Below are positions 9,444 to 16,958 of a DNA stretch of 64,000 nucleotides, piece after piece. The stretch lies in NCBI GenBank assembly GCA_025935195.1, contig JAICVS010000003.1, forward strand, positions 124 through 64,123, written 5' to 3'. The DNA comes from Ktedonobacterales bacterium. GTDB taxonomy: Bacteria; Chloroflexota; Ktedonobacteria; Ktedonobacterales; JADMIN01. Made by a program: the position numbers and the translations under genes. The notes under the pieces are model-generated. The model worked only from the letters and a program-made list of their open reading frames with translations. It had not been told where the DNA came from and searched no databases. Position 1 is the stretch's first letter. Each line of letters opens with the position of its first letter.

Positions 9444-10775
9444 TCACGACAGCGGCAGCGTGAAGCGGAAATCGCTGCCCGCCGGCGTCGTGGTGGATGA
9501 GGCTTCCAGCCAGAGCCGCCCGCCCATGCGTTCCACCAGATGATGGCTGACGAACAGCCCCAGCCCCAAGCCGGAGAGGTTGCGGCGCTCCGATTCCGCC
9601 GCGTGGTAGAGGTATTCGAAGATGCGCTCGCGGTCGTCCGCCGCCACGCCGATGCCCGCATCGCGCACCGAGACCAGCGCCATGCCATCCTCGCGGCGCA
9701 TCACTAGTGTGATCGCGCCGCCGCTGGGGCTGTGGCGCGCGGCGTTGTCAAGCAGATCGCGCAACACCTGCTCCACGCGGGCGGCATCCCATGTGCCGGC
9801 CAGCGGCTCCACGGGCGCCGAGACGACGAACTCATGTTGCGGGAAGAGCGAGCGCCGCCGCTCTATCACCCGCGAGGCGATGGCTTGCAGCTCGGCGTGC
9901 GCTGGCAGCAGCTCCAGGGCGCCGCGATGGATGCGCGAGGCGTCGAGTAGCTCGCCGATCATCTCGGCCATGCGCATACTCTGCTGCTCGATGGCTTCCA
10001 CCGAGCGCCGCATGCTGTCAGGCAGCGGCGTCTTGCGCGCCTGTCGCGCGAGGAGCTGGGCGTAGCCCTTGATCGAAGTGAGCGGGCTGCGCAGCTCGTG
10101 CGCCGCCAGCGAGATGTATTCGTCGCGGGCGCGCGCTTCGTGCGCCGCCTGATCGGCGAGTCGCGCGCGGTCGAGCAGGGCGGCCAGGTGATCGAGGACG
10201 AGCTGCCAACGTGCGGAGATCGCCGCCATCACTGTGCCGGGCGCATCCTCCCCGGTCTCTGTGGCGGCAATGAGGACGCCCGTGAGCACGCCGTCCGGCC
10301 CGATCAAGGGGACGCAGCGCGCGCCGTGTGCGGTGGCAGACAGGTGACGGCCGAGCACCCGCTCGTCCACATCCGCGCCGAAGCCGAGCGTCTTGACCGG
10401 CCCGCTGTGAACGGCGTTCTCCGGCCGCGTGCCCTGCTCGGCAAGCGTGATCAGCTCTTCCCCACGCGGCGCGAGCAGGCGCAGGCCGCGCGTGTCCGGC
10501 AGGAGGCGCGCGCCGATGGCGAGCGCGCGGTCGAGCGCGGCATCCAGCGGCAGCGGCGCGACGAGCAGGCGCGAAAGGGCGGCGATTGCCGCCAGCGTAT
10601 CGCCAGTATCGCCAGTATCGCCAGTATCGCGCGACTGGGCATCGCGTGGCTTGCGGCGTCCCCCGGCGGTCTCGGCCGCGCCGTCTGCCGACGATGGCGC
10701 CGATCCTTCCCTTCCCGCAGCGGCATGGACGCCCAGATCACGCTCATCTGCTGCTTGCTGCTGGCGCACGAGCAT
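9444..10775 (-). CDS. Cytoplasmic sensor histidine kinase (GAF-like + HisKA + HATPase)
   Basis: H-box AHELRSPLTSIKGY, N-box LLDNAARHS, DAGIGV, GLGLGL; start at the ATG at 10775 after GGGGAGG. Confidence 0.9.
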   Translation of the reverse strand: MLVRQQQAADERDLGVHAAAGREGSAPSSADGAAETAGGRRKPRDAQSRDTGDTGDTGDTLAAIAALSRLLVAPLPLDAALDRALAIGARLLPDTRGLRLLAPRGEELITLAEQGTRPENAVHSGPVKTLGFGADVDERVLGRHLSATAHGARCVPLIGPDGVLTGVLIAATETGEDAPGTVMAAISARWQLVLDHLAALLDRARLADQAAHEARARDEYISLAAHELRSPLTSIKGYAQLLARQARKTPLPDSMRRSVEAIEQQSMRMAEMIGELLDASRIHRGALELLPAHAELQAIASRVIERRRSLFPQHEFVVSAPVEPLAGTWDAARVEQVLRDLLDNAARHSPSGGAITLVMRREDGMALVSVRDAGIGVAADDRERIFEYLYHAAESERRNLSGLGLGLFVSHHLVERMGGRLWLEASSTTTPAGSDFRFTLPLS

Positions 10776-10964
10776 CCCTCCCCAGATGACGGCATTTTTG
10801 CTATAGCGGACGAACGCACGAAACATGCCATAGGTGACAGATGGCGCATGCCCTCTGGTACGTACGCGCGCATGGGTGTACAATTGGTCACATTCCAGCG
10901 ACGGACGGGCGGCGATGGCCGCGGCGGATGTCAGTGGGCGGGTTGGCGGGAGTCTATACGTATT

Positions 10965-12317
10965 ATGAAGTGCCCGAACTGCGGCGGGACCGCGTTTGCC
11001 GGCAATCGCTGCCGGCAGTGTGGCTTTCTGATCAGGCAGGGCGACGCGCGCGGCAGGCCAAGCGGCTCGCTCGGCCAGGCACGACCTGGCGCTGGCGCGA
11101 GCGGCCAGGAGCGGCGGTCGGGCACGCTCGCGGACTTCTTCTCACCCAAGTCTCCCAAAGCGGCAAAGCCGCCCAAGCCGCCTAACGGTCCAGTACGCGG
11201 CCCGGCCGTGCGCTCCCAGCCTCGGCTGGGCAGGCGCCGTGGTAGCGCTCCACAGGCGTCGCCGCCCACTGGACCCATGCGCCCATCTATGCCGCCCACG
11301 CCGCCCGCGCCACCCACACCGCGCCCGCCGATGCGCTCGCCCCGCACATCAGGATCGCTGGACCAGTTTGGTGTCGCCGTGTCGCCGGAAGGCTGGGACG
11401 ACATCCCGTCACGCTGGGACGAAGGCCTGCGTTACGCGCCAGATGCGGACATGGTGGAAAGCTGGGACGATCTGCTGCCGGCCGGCCCGCCGGCGCAGCC
11501 GCTAGAGCCGGCGCAACCTATGGGACGACCAGACAACGGTGTCAGCTCTGGCTCGCTCTCCGGCGCGCGCAACCGCGCGCCGATGGTGCCGCTCGAAGAT
11601 ATGGCGCGGCTGCCGTTGGGCCAGTGGGTGCCAGGCATGCCGATCCCCCGCCCGATCTCGCGCACACGTGCGGTGGCGGTGGCGGCGGGCCGGCTCACCT
11701 CGAACACGATGCTGATCTCGCTGATCCTGCTCATCCTGGCGATTCCTGTCTACATGGGCATCACGAAGCTGGGCCTGCTGAACCCGAAAACGACCACGAC
11801 CGCCGCGCCGCGCACGCTCGTGCCGACACCGGCGCTGGCCAAGGGCTTCACCGGCTTCCAGACCACGGAATTCGCCATGGCGTACCCGGCGGCGTGGCAG
11901 CTCACCGCGACGGACGCCCCGCTCAACAGCGGGGAGGTGCTGCATCTGGAGCGGTTCACCGGCGTCCCCGGCCCCGCCGACACCTCGCTGACGGTGGCGA
12001 CGATCGCCGCCTACCCGGCCGATCTGCTTGAAAGCCGCATGGACCCTATCGCGCGGCAACTGCGCGCCGACCAGACGTTGAGCGCGACCGCCGAGCGCAC
12101 CGTCACCTACAACGGCATCCGCTGGACCGAGAAGGACTATCAGCAGACGGTGGTGAAGGGCAACGCCACTGTGACGCTCACGCTGCGCGTGCTGGCAATA
12201 GATAAGGCCGCCACCTCCTACTTTGTGATCGCCGTCGCCCCCAGCAGTGCCTTCGCCAGCGCCAACGCCGACACCTTCGAGCCGATCTTGGCCTCGCTGC
12301 GCTTCCCCAAGGGATGA
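10965..12317 (+). CDS. Membrane-anchored protein: N-terminal Zn ribbon, Pro-rich linker, TM, C-terminal PsbP/DcrB-like domain
   Basis: MKCPNCGG...CRQCG; TM LISLILLILAIPVY; FAMAYPAAW...FEPILASLRF pattern typical of the PsbP-like fold. Confidence 0.7.
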   Translation: MKCPNCGGTAFAGNRCRQCGFLIRQGDARGRPSGSLGQARPGAGASGQERRSGTLADFFSPKSPKAAKPPKPPNGPVRGPAVRSQPRLGRRRGSAPQASPPTGPMRPSMPPTPPAPPTPRPPMRSPRTSGSLDQFGVAVSPEGWDDIPSRWDEGLRYAPDADMVESWDDLLPAGPPAQPLEPAQPMGRPDNGVSSGSLSGARNRAPMVPLEDMARLPLGQWVPGMPIPRPISRTRAVAVAAGRLTSNTMLISLILLILAIPVYMGITKLGLLNPKTTTTAAPRTLVPTPALAKGFTGFQTTEFAMAYPAAWQLTATDAPLNSGEVLHLERFTGVPGPADTSLTVATIAAYPADLLESRMDPIARQLRADQTLSATAERTVTYNGIRWTEKDYQQTVVKGNATVTLTLRVLAIDKAATSYFVIAVAPSSAFASANADTFEPILASLRFPKG

Positions 12318-12323
12318 CACCAT

Positions 12324-12366
12324 GCGGCTGATACTACGCGGCTGATACTATTCGCTGATACTATTC
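12324..12366. repeat. Short tandem repeat 3x GCTGATACTA
   Basis: gcggctgatactac-gcggctgatactattc-gctgatactattc between convergent stop codons. Confidence 0.75.
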
Positions 12367-13042
12367 AAGGCGCGGAGTCGGGGCGCTGGAACCGCTCCCA
12401 ATCGGCGGCGAAGCGGGCGACCGCCGTGTTCGTGAGGGGATCGGCGGCGAGCGCGCGGATGATCTCCGGCGCGGCGGTGATGTCGCCGCCGCCGGCCAGC
12501 AGCGCCTCCGTCACCTCATCAGCGGACTTGAGGCTGGCGACCAGCAGGCGGGCGTCACTGTGTTGCGCGGCGATCAGGCGTGCCATCGCGCCGAGACGCG
12601 CCGGGGCGTCAACGCCGGCGCGGCGCAGCCGGCCGAAGTATGGGATGACCCAGGCGGCGCCGGCCAGCAGCGCGCAGTAGGCCTGGGCGACGGAGGCGAC
12701 GGCCGTGAAGGAGAGGCGTGCGCCATCCTCGCGCAGAGCGTGCGCCGCCTCCAGCCCGTCCGAGGTCAGCGGCAGCTTGACGACGACGCGGGACGGCTCC
12801 AGTTCGACGTAGCGCAGGGCGGCGGCGCGCAACTCCTCGGCGCTGGCGGCCGACGGCTGCATGAAGACCGGGCCGGGGCAGATGTCCAGCAGGCCGCGCG
12901 CGATCTCGCGGTCGGTCGCCCGCTGGCCGCGCTCACGGGCGGCCAGCAGGATGCTGGGGTTGGTGGTCGCGCCGGTGATGGGGAAGACGGCGCGCAGCGC
13001 GGCCACGTCGTCGAGATGGGCTGAGTCCGCGAAGAGCGCCAT
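12365..13042 (-). CDS. fsa: Transaldolase-family protein, fructose-6-phosphate aldolase type
   Basis: FADSA, GATTNPSIL, Schiff-base VVKLP, PYFGR, ASLK; Gln (VFMQ) and Tyr (PY) at the FSA-diagnostic positions. Confidence 0.75.
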   Translation of the reverse strand: MALFADSAHLDDVAALRAVFPITGATTNPSILLAARERGQRATDREIARGLLDICPGPVFMQPSAASAEELRAAALRYVELEPSRVVVKLPLTSDGLEAAHALREDGARLSFTAVASVAQAYCALLAGAAWVIPYFGRLRRAGVDAPARLGAMARLIAAQHSDARLLVASLKSADEVTEALLAGGGDITAAPEIIRALAADPLTNTAVARFAADWERFQRPDSAP

Positions 13043-13068
13043 AGCGACGCCTCTTTTCTCGCTTGCGA

Positions 13069-13929
13069 TCAGATGCCGCCGAGCAGGGGGTAATGGAAGG
13101 GGCGCCCCTGGAACGCCTGGATGGCGCCGTAGATGCCGAAGCCGATCTCGACGAGGACGAGCGCGATAAGGAGCAACCAGCCGCAGGTGAGGCCGAGGAT
13201 GGGGAGCGCGGTGAGCCGCAGGCGCTTGCTGGCCGCCGCGCCCGCGAACCCCAGCACGAAGATCAGGAAGATCGGCAGCGCGACGAAGACGCCGACGGCC
13301 GAGACGAGCAGGTGAAAGAAGAACGCCTGTTTGCCCTGGTGAGAAGCATAGGGCGAGCTATTCCTGGCGGCGAGCCAGACGACGAAGGGCAGGATCAGCG
13401 GCGCGAAGAAGACGCTGAGGTGGCAGAACCCGGCCAGGATGCGCTCGCTATCCGGAATGCCGGAGGGATGCGCGATGGCGGACGGCGGGTAATAGCCGTA
13501 GCCATAGCCCGGTGGCGGTGGGGCATAGCCCGGTGGCGGTGGGGCATAACCGCCCGGAGCGTACGGTCCCCAGGGCGGCGCAGCGCCGGGCGGTGGTGGG
13601 GGAGGGGCATATCCAGCAGGCTCCGGCGAGACCGCGAAGGGCGGCGCGCGCAGGTCCGGCCGGCGCGCGAGGATGGCGTCGAGCAGGCGGCGCGCGTCCG
13701 GCGGATCGGCGGGTGTGAGGGAAACGGTGCGCCCCGGCAGGCCCAGCGAGACGAAGGGCGCGGCCGCGTCGCCGGCCAGCCTGACGTGCCGCAGCGCCGC
13801 CAGCGGGTAGACCTGATCGGCGCCCGCCAGCCGGTCCGGCCAGAGGTCGAGCGTGCCGCTGTCGCGCAGGGCGATGGAGAGCAACGGCGCCGGCTGTCCC
13901 GACGCAGATGGTGATGTAGCGTCCATCAC
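13069..13929 (-). CDS. DUF4870-like membrane protein with Pro/Tyr-rich linker
   Basis: ERILAGFCHLS...HQGKQAFFFH...GAIQAFQGRPFHYP; GYAPPPP repeats. Confidence 0.75.
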   Translation of the reverse strand: MMDATSPSASGQPAPLLSIALRDSGTLDLWPDRLAGADQVYPLAALRHVRLAGDAAAPFVSLGLPGRTVSLTPADPPDARRLLDAILARRPDLRAPPFAVSPEPAGYAPPPPPPGAAPPWGPYAPGGYAPPPPGYAPPPPGYGYGYYPPSAIAHPSGIPDSERILAGFCHLSVFFAPLILPFVVWLAARNSSPYASHQGKQAFFFHLLVSAVGVFVALPIFLIFVLGFAGAAASKRLRLTALPILGLTCGWLLLIALVLVEIGFGIYGAIQAFQGRPFHYPLLGGI

Positions 13930-13931
13930 AG

Positions 13932-15077
13932 TCAGCCTCCCAGCGCGCGGGCGATGACGACGCGCTGAATCTGGTTGGTGCCTTCGTAGATCTGGCAGAT
14001 CTTGGCGTCGCGCATCATGCGCTCGACGGGGAACTCTTTCATGTATCCGTAGCCGCCGAGCACCTGGATGGCGTCGTTGGTGACTTCGATGGCGATGTCG
14101 GAGGCGTAGGTCTTGGCGATGGCGGACTCACGGCTGAAGCGCGACACGCCGGCGTCCATCAGCTCGCCGGCATGGTAGACCAGGCGGCGCGCGGCCTCGA
14201 CTTTGATGTCCATGTCGGCGAGCATGAACTGGACGGCCTGGTTGTCGAAGATCGGCTTGCCGAACTGGACGCGCTGTTTGGCGTACTGGACGGCGAAATC
14301 GAGCGCGCCCTGGGCGATGCCGAGCGCCTGGGCGGCGATGCCGGGGCGGGTGCGGTCGAGGGTGGCAAGGGCGATCTTGAAGCCCTCGCCCTCTTTGCCG
14401 AGCAGGTTCGCGGCGGGGATGGCGCAGTCTTCGAAGACCAGCTCGCCGGTCTGGGAGCCGCGGATGCCCATCTTGTTCTCGATCTTGCCGAGGTGGAAGC
14501 CGGGGGTGCCGTCCTCGACGACGAAGGCGGAGATGCCGCGCGTGCCGGTGGCGGAGGGGTCGGTGACGGCGAAGACGGTGTTGATGTGGGCGATGCCGGC
14601 GTTGGTGATGAAGTGCTTGAGGCCGTTCAAGACGTAGGTGTCGCCGCGACGCTCGGCTTTGGTGCGCATGGCGCCGGCATCGGAGCCGGAGCCGGGCTCG
14701 GTGAGCGCGTAGGCGGCGAGCCATTCGCCGGTGGCGAGCCTGGGGATGAAGCGCTGCTTCTGTTCCTCAGTGCCGGCGAGCAGGATGGGCAGCGCGCCGA
14801 GCTGCTGGACGCAGAGCAGGAGCGCGGTGGTGGCGCAGGCTTTGGCTAGCTCCTCGATGGTCATGAGGATGCTGACCTCGCTGGAGCCGAGGCCGCCGTA
14901 CTGCTCGGGGAAGGGCATGGCGAGGATGTCCTGCTTGGCGAGCAGCTCCTTCATATCCCAGGGAAACGCGCCCTCGGCGTCAATCTGGGCGGCGCGCGGG
15001 GCGACTTGTTCACGGGCGAGGTCGCGCACCATCTCGATCAGCATTTGTTCTTCGGAAGAAGCTCGCTCGACGGCCAT
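13932..15077 (-). CDS. Acyl-CoA dehydrogenase
   Basis: ALTEPGSGSD, LNGLKHFITN, KMGIRGS, RVQFGKPI, GGYGYMKEFPVERMMRDAKICQIYEGTNQIQR; AAGGAG RBS. Confidence 0.96.
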   Translation of the reverse strand: MAVERASSEEQMLIEMVRDLAREQVAPRAAQIDAEGAFPWDMKELLAKQDILAMPFPEQYGGLGSSEVSILMTIEELAKACATTALLLCVQQLGALPILLAGTEEQKQRFIPRLATGEWLAAYALTEPGSGSDAGAMRTKAERRGDTYVLNGLKHFITNAGIAHINTVFAVTDPSATGTRGISAFVVEDGTPGFHLGKIENKMGIRGSQTGELVFEDCAIPAANLLGKEGEGFKIALATLDRTRPGIAAQALGIAQGALDFAVQYAKQRVQFGKPIFDNQAVQFMLADMDIKVEAARRLVYHAGELMDAGVSRFSRESAIAKTYASDIAIEVTNDAIQVLGGYGYMKEFPVERMMRDAKICQIYEGTNQIQRVVIARALGG

Positions 15078-15235
15078 GTGAAACGCTCCTTTGCGTCTAC
15101 GGTACAGATGGGTGTGGTGCGGCGCCGTGTGGGAATGAGCCCGCCAGGGCGCGGATGCGCGGCCGGTAAGGGCCGTGGTGATTATACGATAGGGGCGGTG
15201 GCGCGACGGTGAAGGGCGAGTGCGGCGCGATGCAC

Positions 15236-15512
15236 GCTCGCGGCACTGAAGTGCCGGCGCACGGCACGGCTGGGGCTGAATCCCTACGGATGCTCGGCGC
15301 GGCAATGTTCACCAGAGAGGTCAACATTGCCGTTTTTGCCGCTTTTCGATGTTGCATCGGGCGCATCCTCCGCGCGAATCCGCAATTCAAGCGGCTTTGC
15401 CGCTCCCGTGAACGTGACATTGCGCGTTCTGGGCGGCAAAAGCGGCAACGATCTGGCAAGAAACGGCAAGATGTGGCAACGGATGGCAATGCCGGCGGCA
15501 AAAACGGCAAGG
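15236..15512. repeat. Dispersed intergenic element copy 1 (REP-like hairpin doublet + GGCAA/TTGCC array)
   Basis: 28 bp identical to 36533-36560; 15301-15450 aligns without gaps to 36647-36796 (106/150 by hand count). Confidence 0.85.
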
Positions 15513-15535
15513 GTACGCGGGGAGATATGGGACAT
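15284..15535 (-). CDS. Possible 83-aa protein encoded across element copy 1
   Basis: AGGAGGT 5 nt before the ATG at 15535. This frame is similar to a minus frame of copy 2 (RSLPLLPP...GKNGNV), but the similarity may only reflect DNA motif conservation. Confidence 0.35.
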   Translation of the reverse strand: MSHISPRTLAVFAAGIAIRCHILPFLARSLPLLPPRTRNVTFTGAAKPLELRIRAEDAPDATSKSGKNGNVDLSGEHCRAEHP

Positions 15536-15576
15536 TTCACACCTCCTGTGGACTGACTCGTCGTCATTTGCCGCCG

Positions 15577-15604
15577 CCCCGGCATGAATGCCGGGGGTAA
15601 TCCC
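15577..15604. repeat. REP-like palindrome family A (CCCCGGCATGAATGCCGGGG-GTAATCC)
   Basis: Palindrome with a conserved TAATCC tail; further copies at 19075, 37465, 54087 and 63012, with variants elsewhere. Confidence 0.85.
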
Positions 15605-15629
15605 GGTTCGGCGCCACGCTGATAGAACT

Positions 15630-15658
15630 AATTTACCATAAACGAGCATGGATAGCAA
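15630..15658 (-). promoter_or_regulatory. Sigma70-type promoter reading into element copy 1
   Basis: TTGCTA-17 bp-TAAATT with extended -10 TG. Confidence 0.45.
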
Positions 15659-15829
15659 GGGCGTAAGGGGCCAGCGGCGTATGGGACGGCCGGCGATTGA
15701 AATCGCGCCTGGAGGGCGTGCCGCCGCGACGTCCGCCGTCGCGGACTCGAGAGAGAGGAAAGCGGTGGGCGAGGGTGGTTCCCTCACCCATCCGCCGTCT
15801 CGCGCGGAATTCCGGTGCGGCGTCGGGCG

Positions 15830-16224
15830 CAGGCGATGCGGGCGGGCGAGCGGGCGGACGGTTGAACTGACGGCGATGCGGGCGGGCGCAGGCGATGCGG
15901 GCGGGCGCGGGGGGCGCTCGGCGTAGCGGTAGAACGCCCGCTCGCTCGCTGGGATACTGCCCCCATTGGGCACACACCGCCACGGGGATCACCGTACCGC
16001 GGCTCAATGCCGCCGCGGGACCGCATGGGGACGCTGGCGCGGCCGGCGCGGCCGGCACAGCCGGGCACCTCCTGCTGGTACACTGTGTTCACCAGCACGT
16101 ACACGGTCGTCAGAACGGTGTCTACGTCCGACCATTGGGGTGCCTCCTTCGGTAGGCCAGATTCAGCAGCCTCAACCGTCACCGAGACCCCTTTCCTGTT
16201 TCGAGTCAACTTACAGCAAACGTT
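15830..16224 (-). pseudogene. Degraded IS982-like transposase 5' remnant with probable left end
   Basis: AAGGAGG RBS, ATG at 16135. Pieces in different frames stitch to MV/DVDTVLTTVYVLV...GPAAALSRGTV...QWGQYPSERAFYRYAER...PHRRQFNR, which matches the IS982-family N-terminus as I recall it. Several frameshifts. Confidence 0.7.
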
Positions 16225-16313
16225 GAAGTGCTGGCGCACGACGACGGGGCTGAAGCTCCACAACCACCAGTAACTCACGCGGTTTCCAGATGATCGAGGA
16301 ACGCTGAGACGAG

Positions 16314-16955
16314 ATGCCAGAGAATCTGCAACACCTACCGTTTGATGGCGATGATAGAGAGCCTCACGCCGCATCCGTGGTCGCGCCCGGCGGCCGGCCC
16401 GATCCGCCGCACAGCCCGTGGCGCACGGTCGGCGCGCGTGAGGTGTATCGCAATCCCTGGCTGGCCGTCACCGAATACGCGGTCATCCGCCCGGACGGGC
16501 AGCCCGGCATCTATGGTGTCGTGGACCCCGGAGATAACGTCTCGGTCGTGCCGCTGGATGATGAGGAGCACGTCTGGCTGATCGGCGAGTTTCGCTATCC
16601 GACGCAGCGCTTCGCCTGGACGCTGCCCAGCGGCAAGGTCGAGGCGGGCGAAGATACGCTGGCGGCGGCGCGGCGCGAGCTGGCTGAGGAGACCGGCCTG
16701 CACGCGGCGGAGTGGGAGATGCTGGGCGCGCACCCACTGAGCGACGGCACTTCGACCCAGATCAGCCACATTTATCTGGCGCGTGATTTGTGCCAGGGCG
16801 AGGCGCGGCCCGAAGGCACCGAGCGGCTTACGCTCAGACGGCTGCCGCTGCGCGAGGCGGTGGAGGCATGCCGTACGGGCGCCATCACGGATGCTACCGG
16901 CGTGCTGGGCATCTGGGGTGCGTGGCTGCGCCTGCATGGCGTCACCGGCTGGTAG
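16314..16955 (+). CDS. NUDIX hydrolase (ADP-ribose pyrophosphatase-like)
   Basis: Nudix box GKVEAGEDTLAAARRELAEETG; VYRNPWL and FRYP motifs. Confidence 0.92.
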   Translation: MPENLQHLPFDGDDREPHAASVVAPGGRPDPPHSPWRTVGAREVYRNPWLAVTEYAVIRPDGQPGIYGVVDPGDNVSVVPLDDEEHVWLIGEFRYPTQRFAWTLPSGKVEAGEDTLAAARRELAEETGLHAAEWEMLGAHPLSDGTSTQISHIYLARDLCQGEARPEGTERLTLRRLPLREAVEACRTGAITDATGVLGIWGAWLRLHGVTGW

Positions 16956-16958
16956 TCT

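Noticed and set aside
10098-10964. N-terminal extension of the 739-aa ORF
   Set aside because: Overlaps the histidine kinase on the opposite strand; the plausible protein begins at MKCPNC (10965)
13500-13552. 21-bp tandem repeat
   Set aside because: Coding low-complexity GYAPPPP linker; not a CRISPR or mobile repeat
15301-15450. Element core considered as an integron attC site
   Set aside because: No clear RYYYAAC/GTTRRRY core pair, no cassette-like gene array and no integrase
15435-15510. GGCAA array considered as a CRISPR or mini-CRISPR
   Set aside because: Repeats are 5 bp with 4-7 bp spacers and there are no cas genes; incompatible with CRISPR geometry
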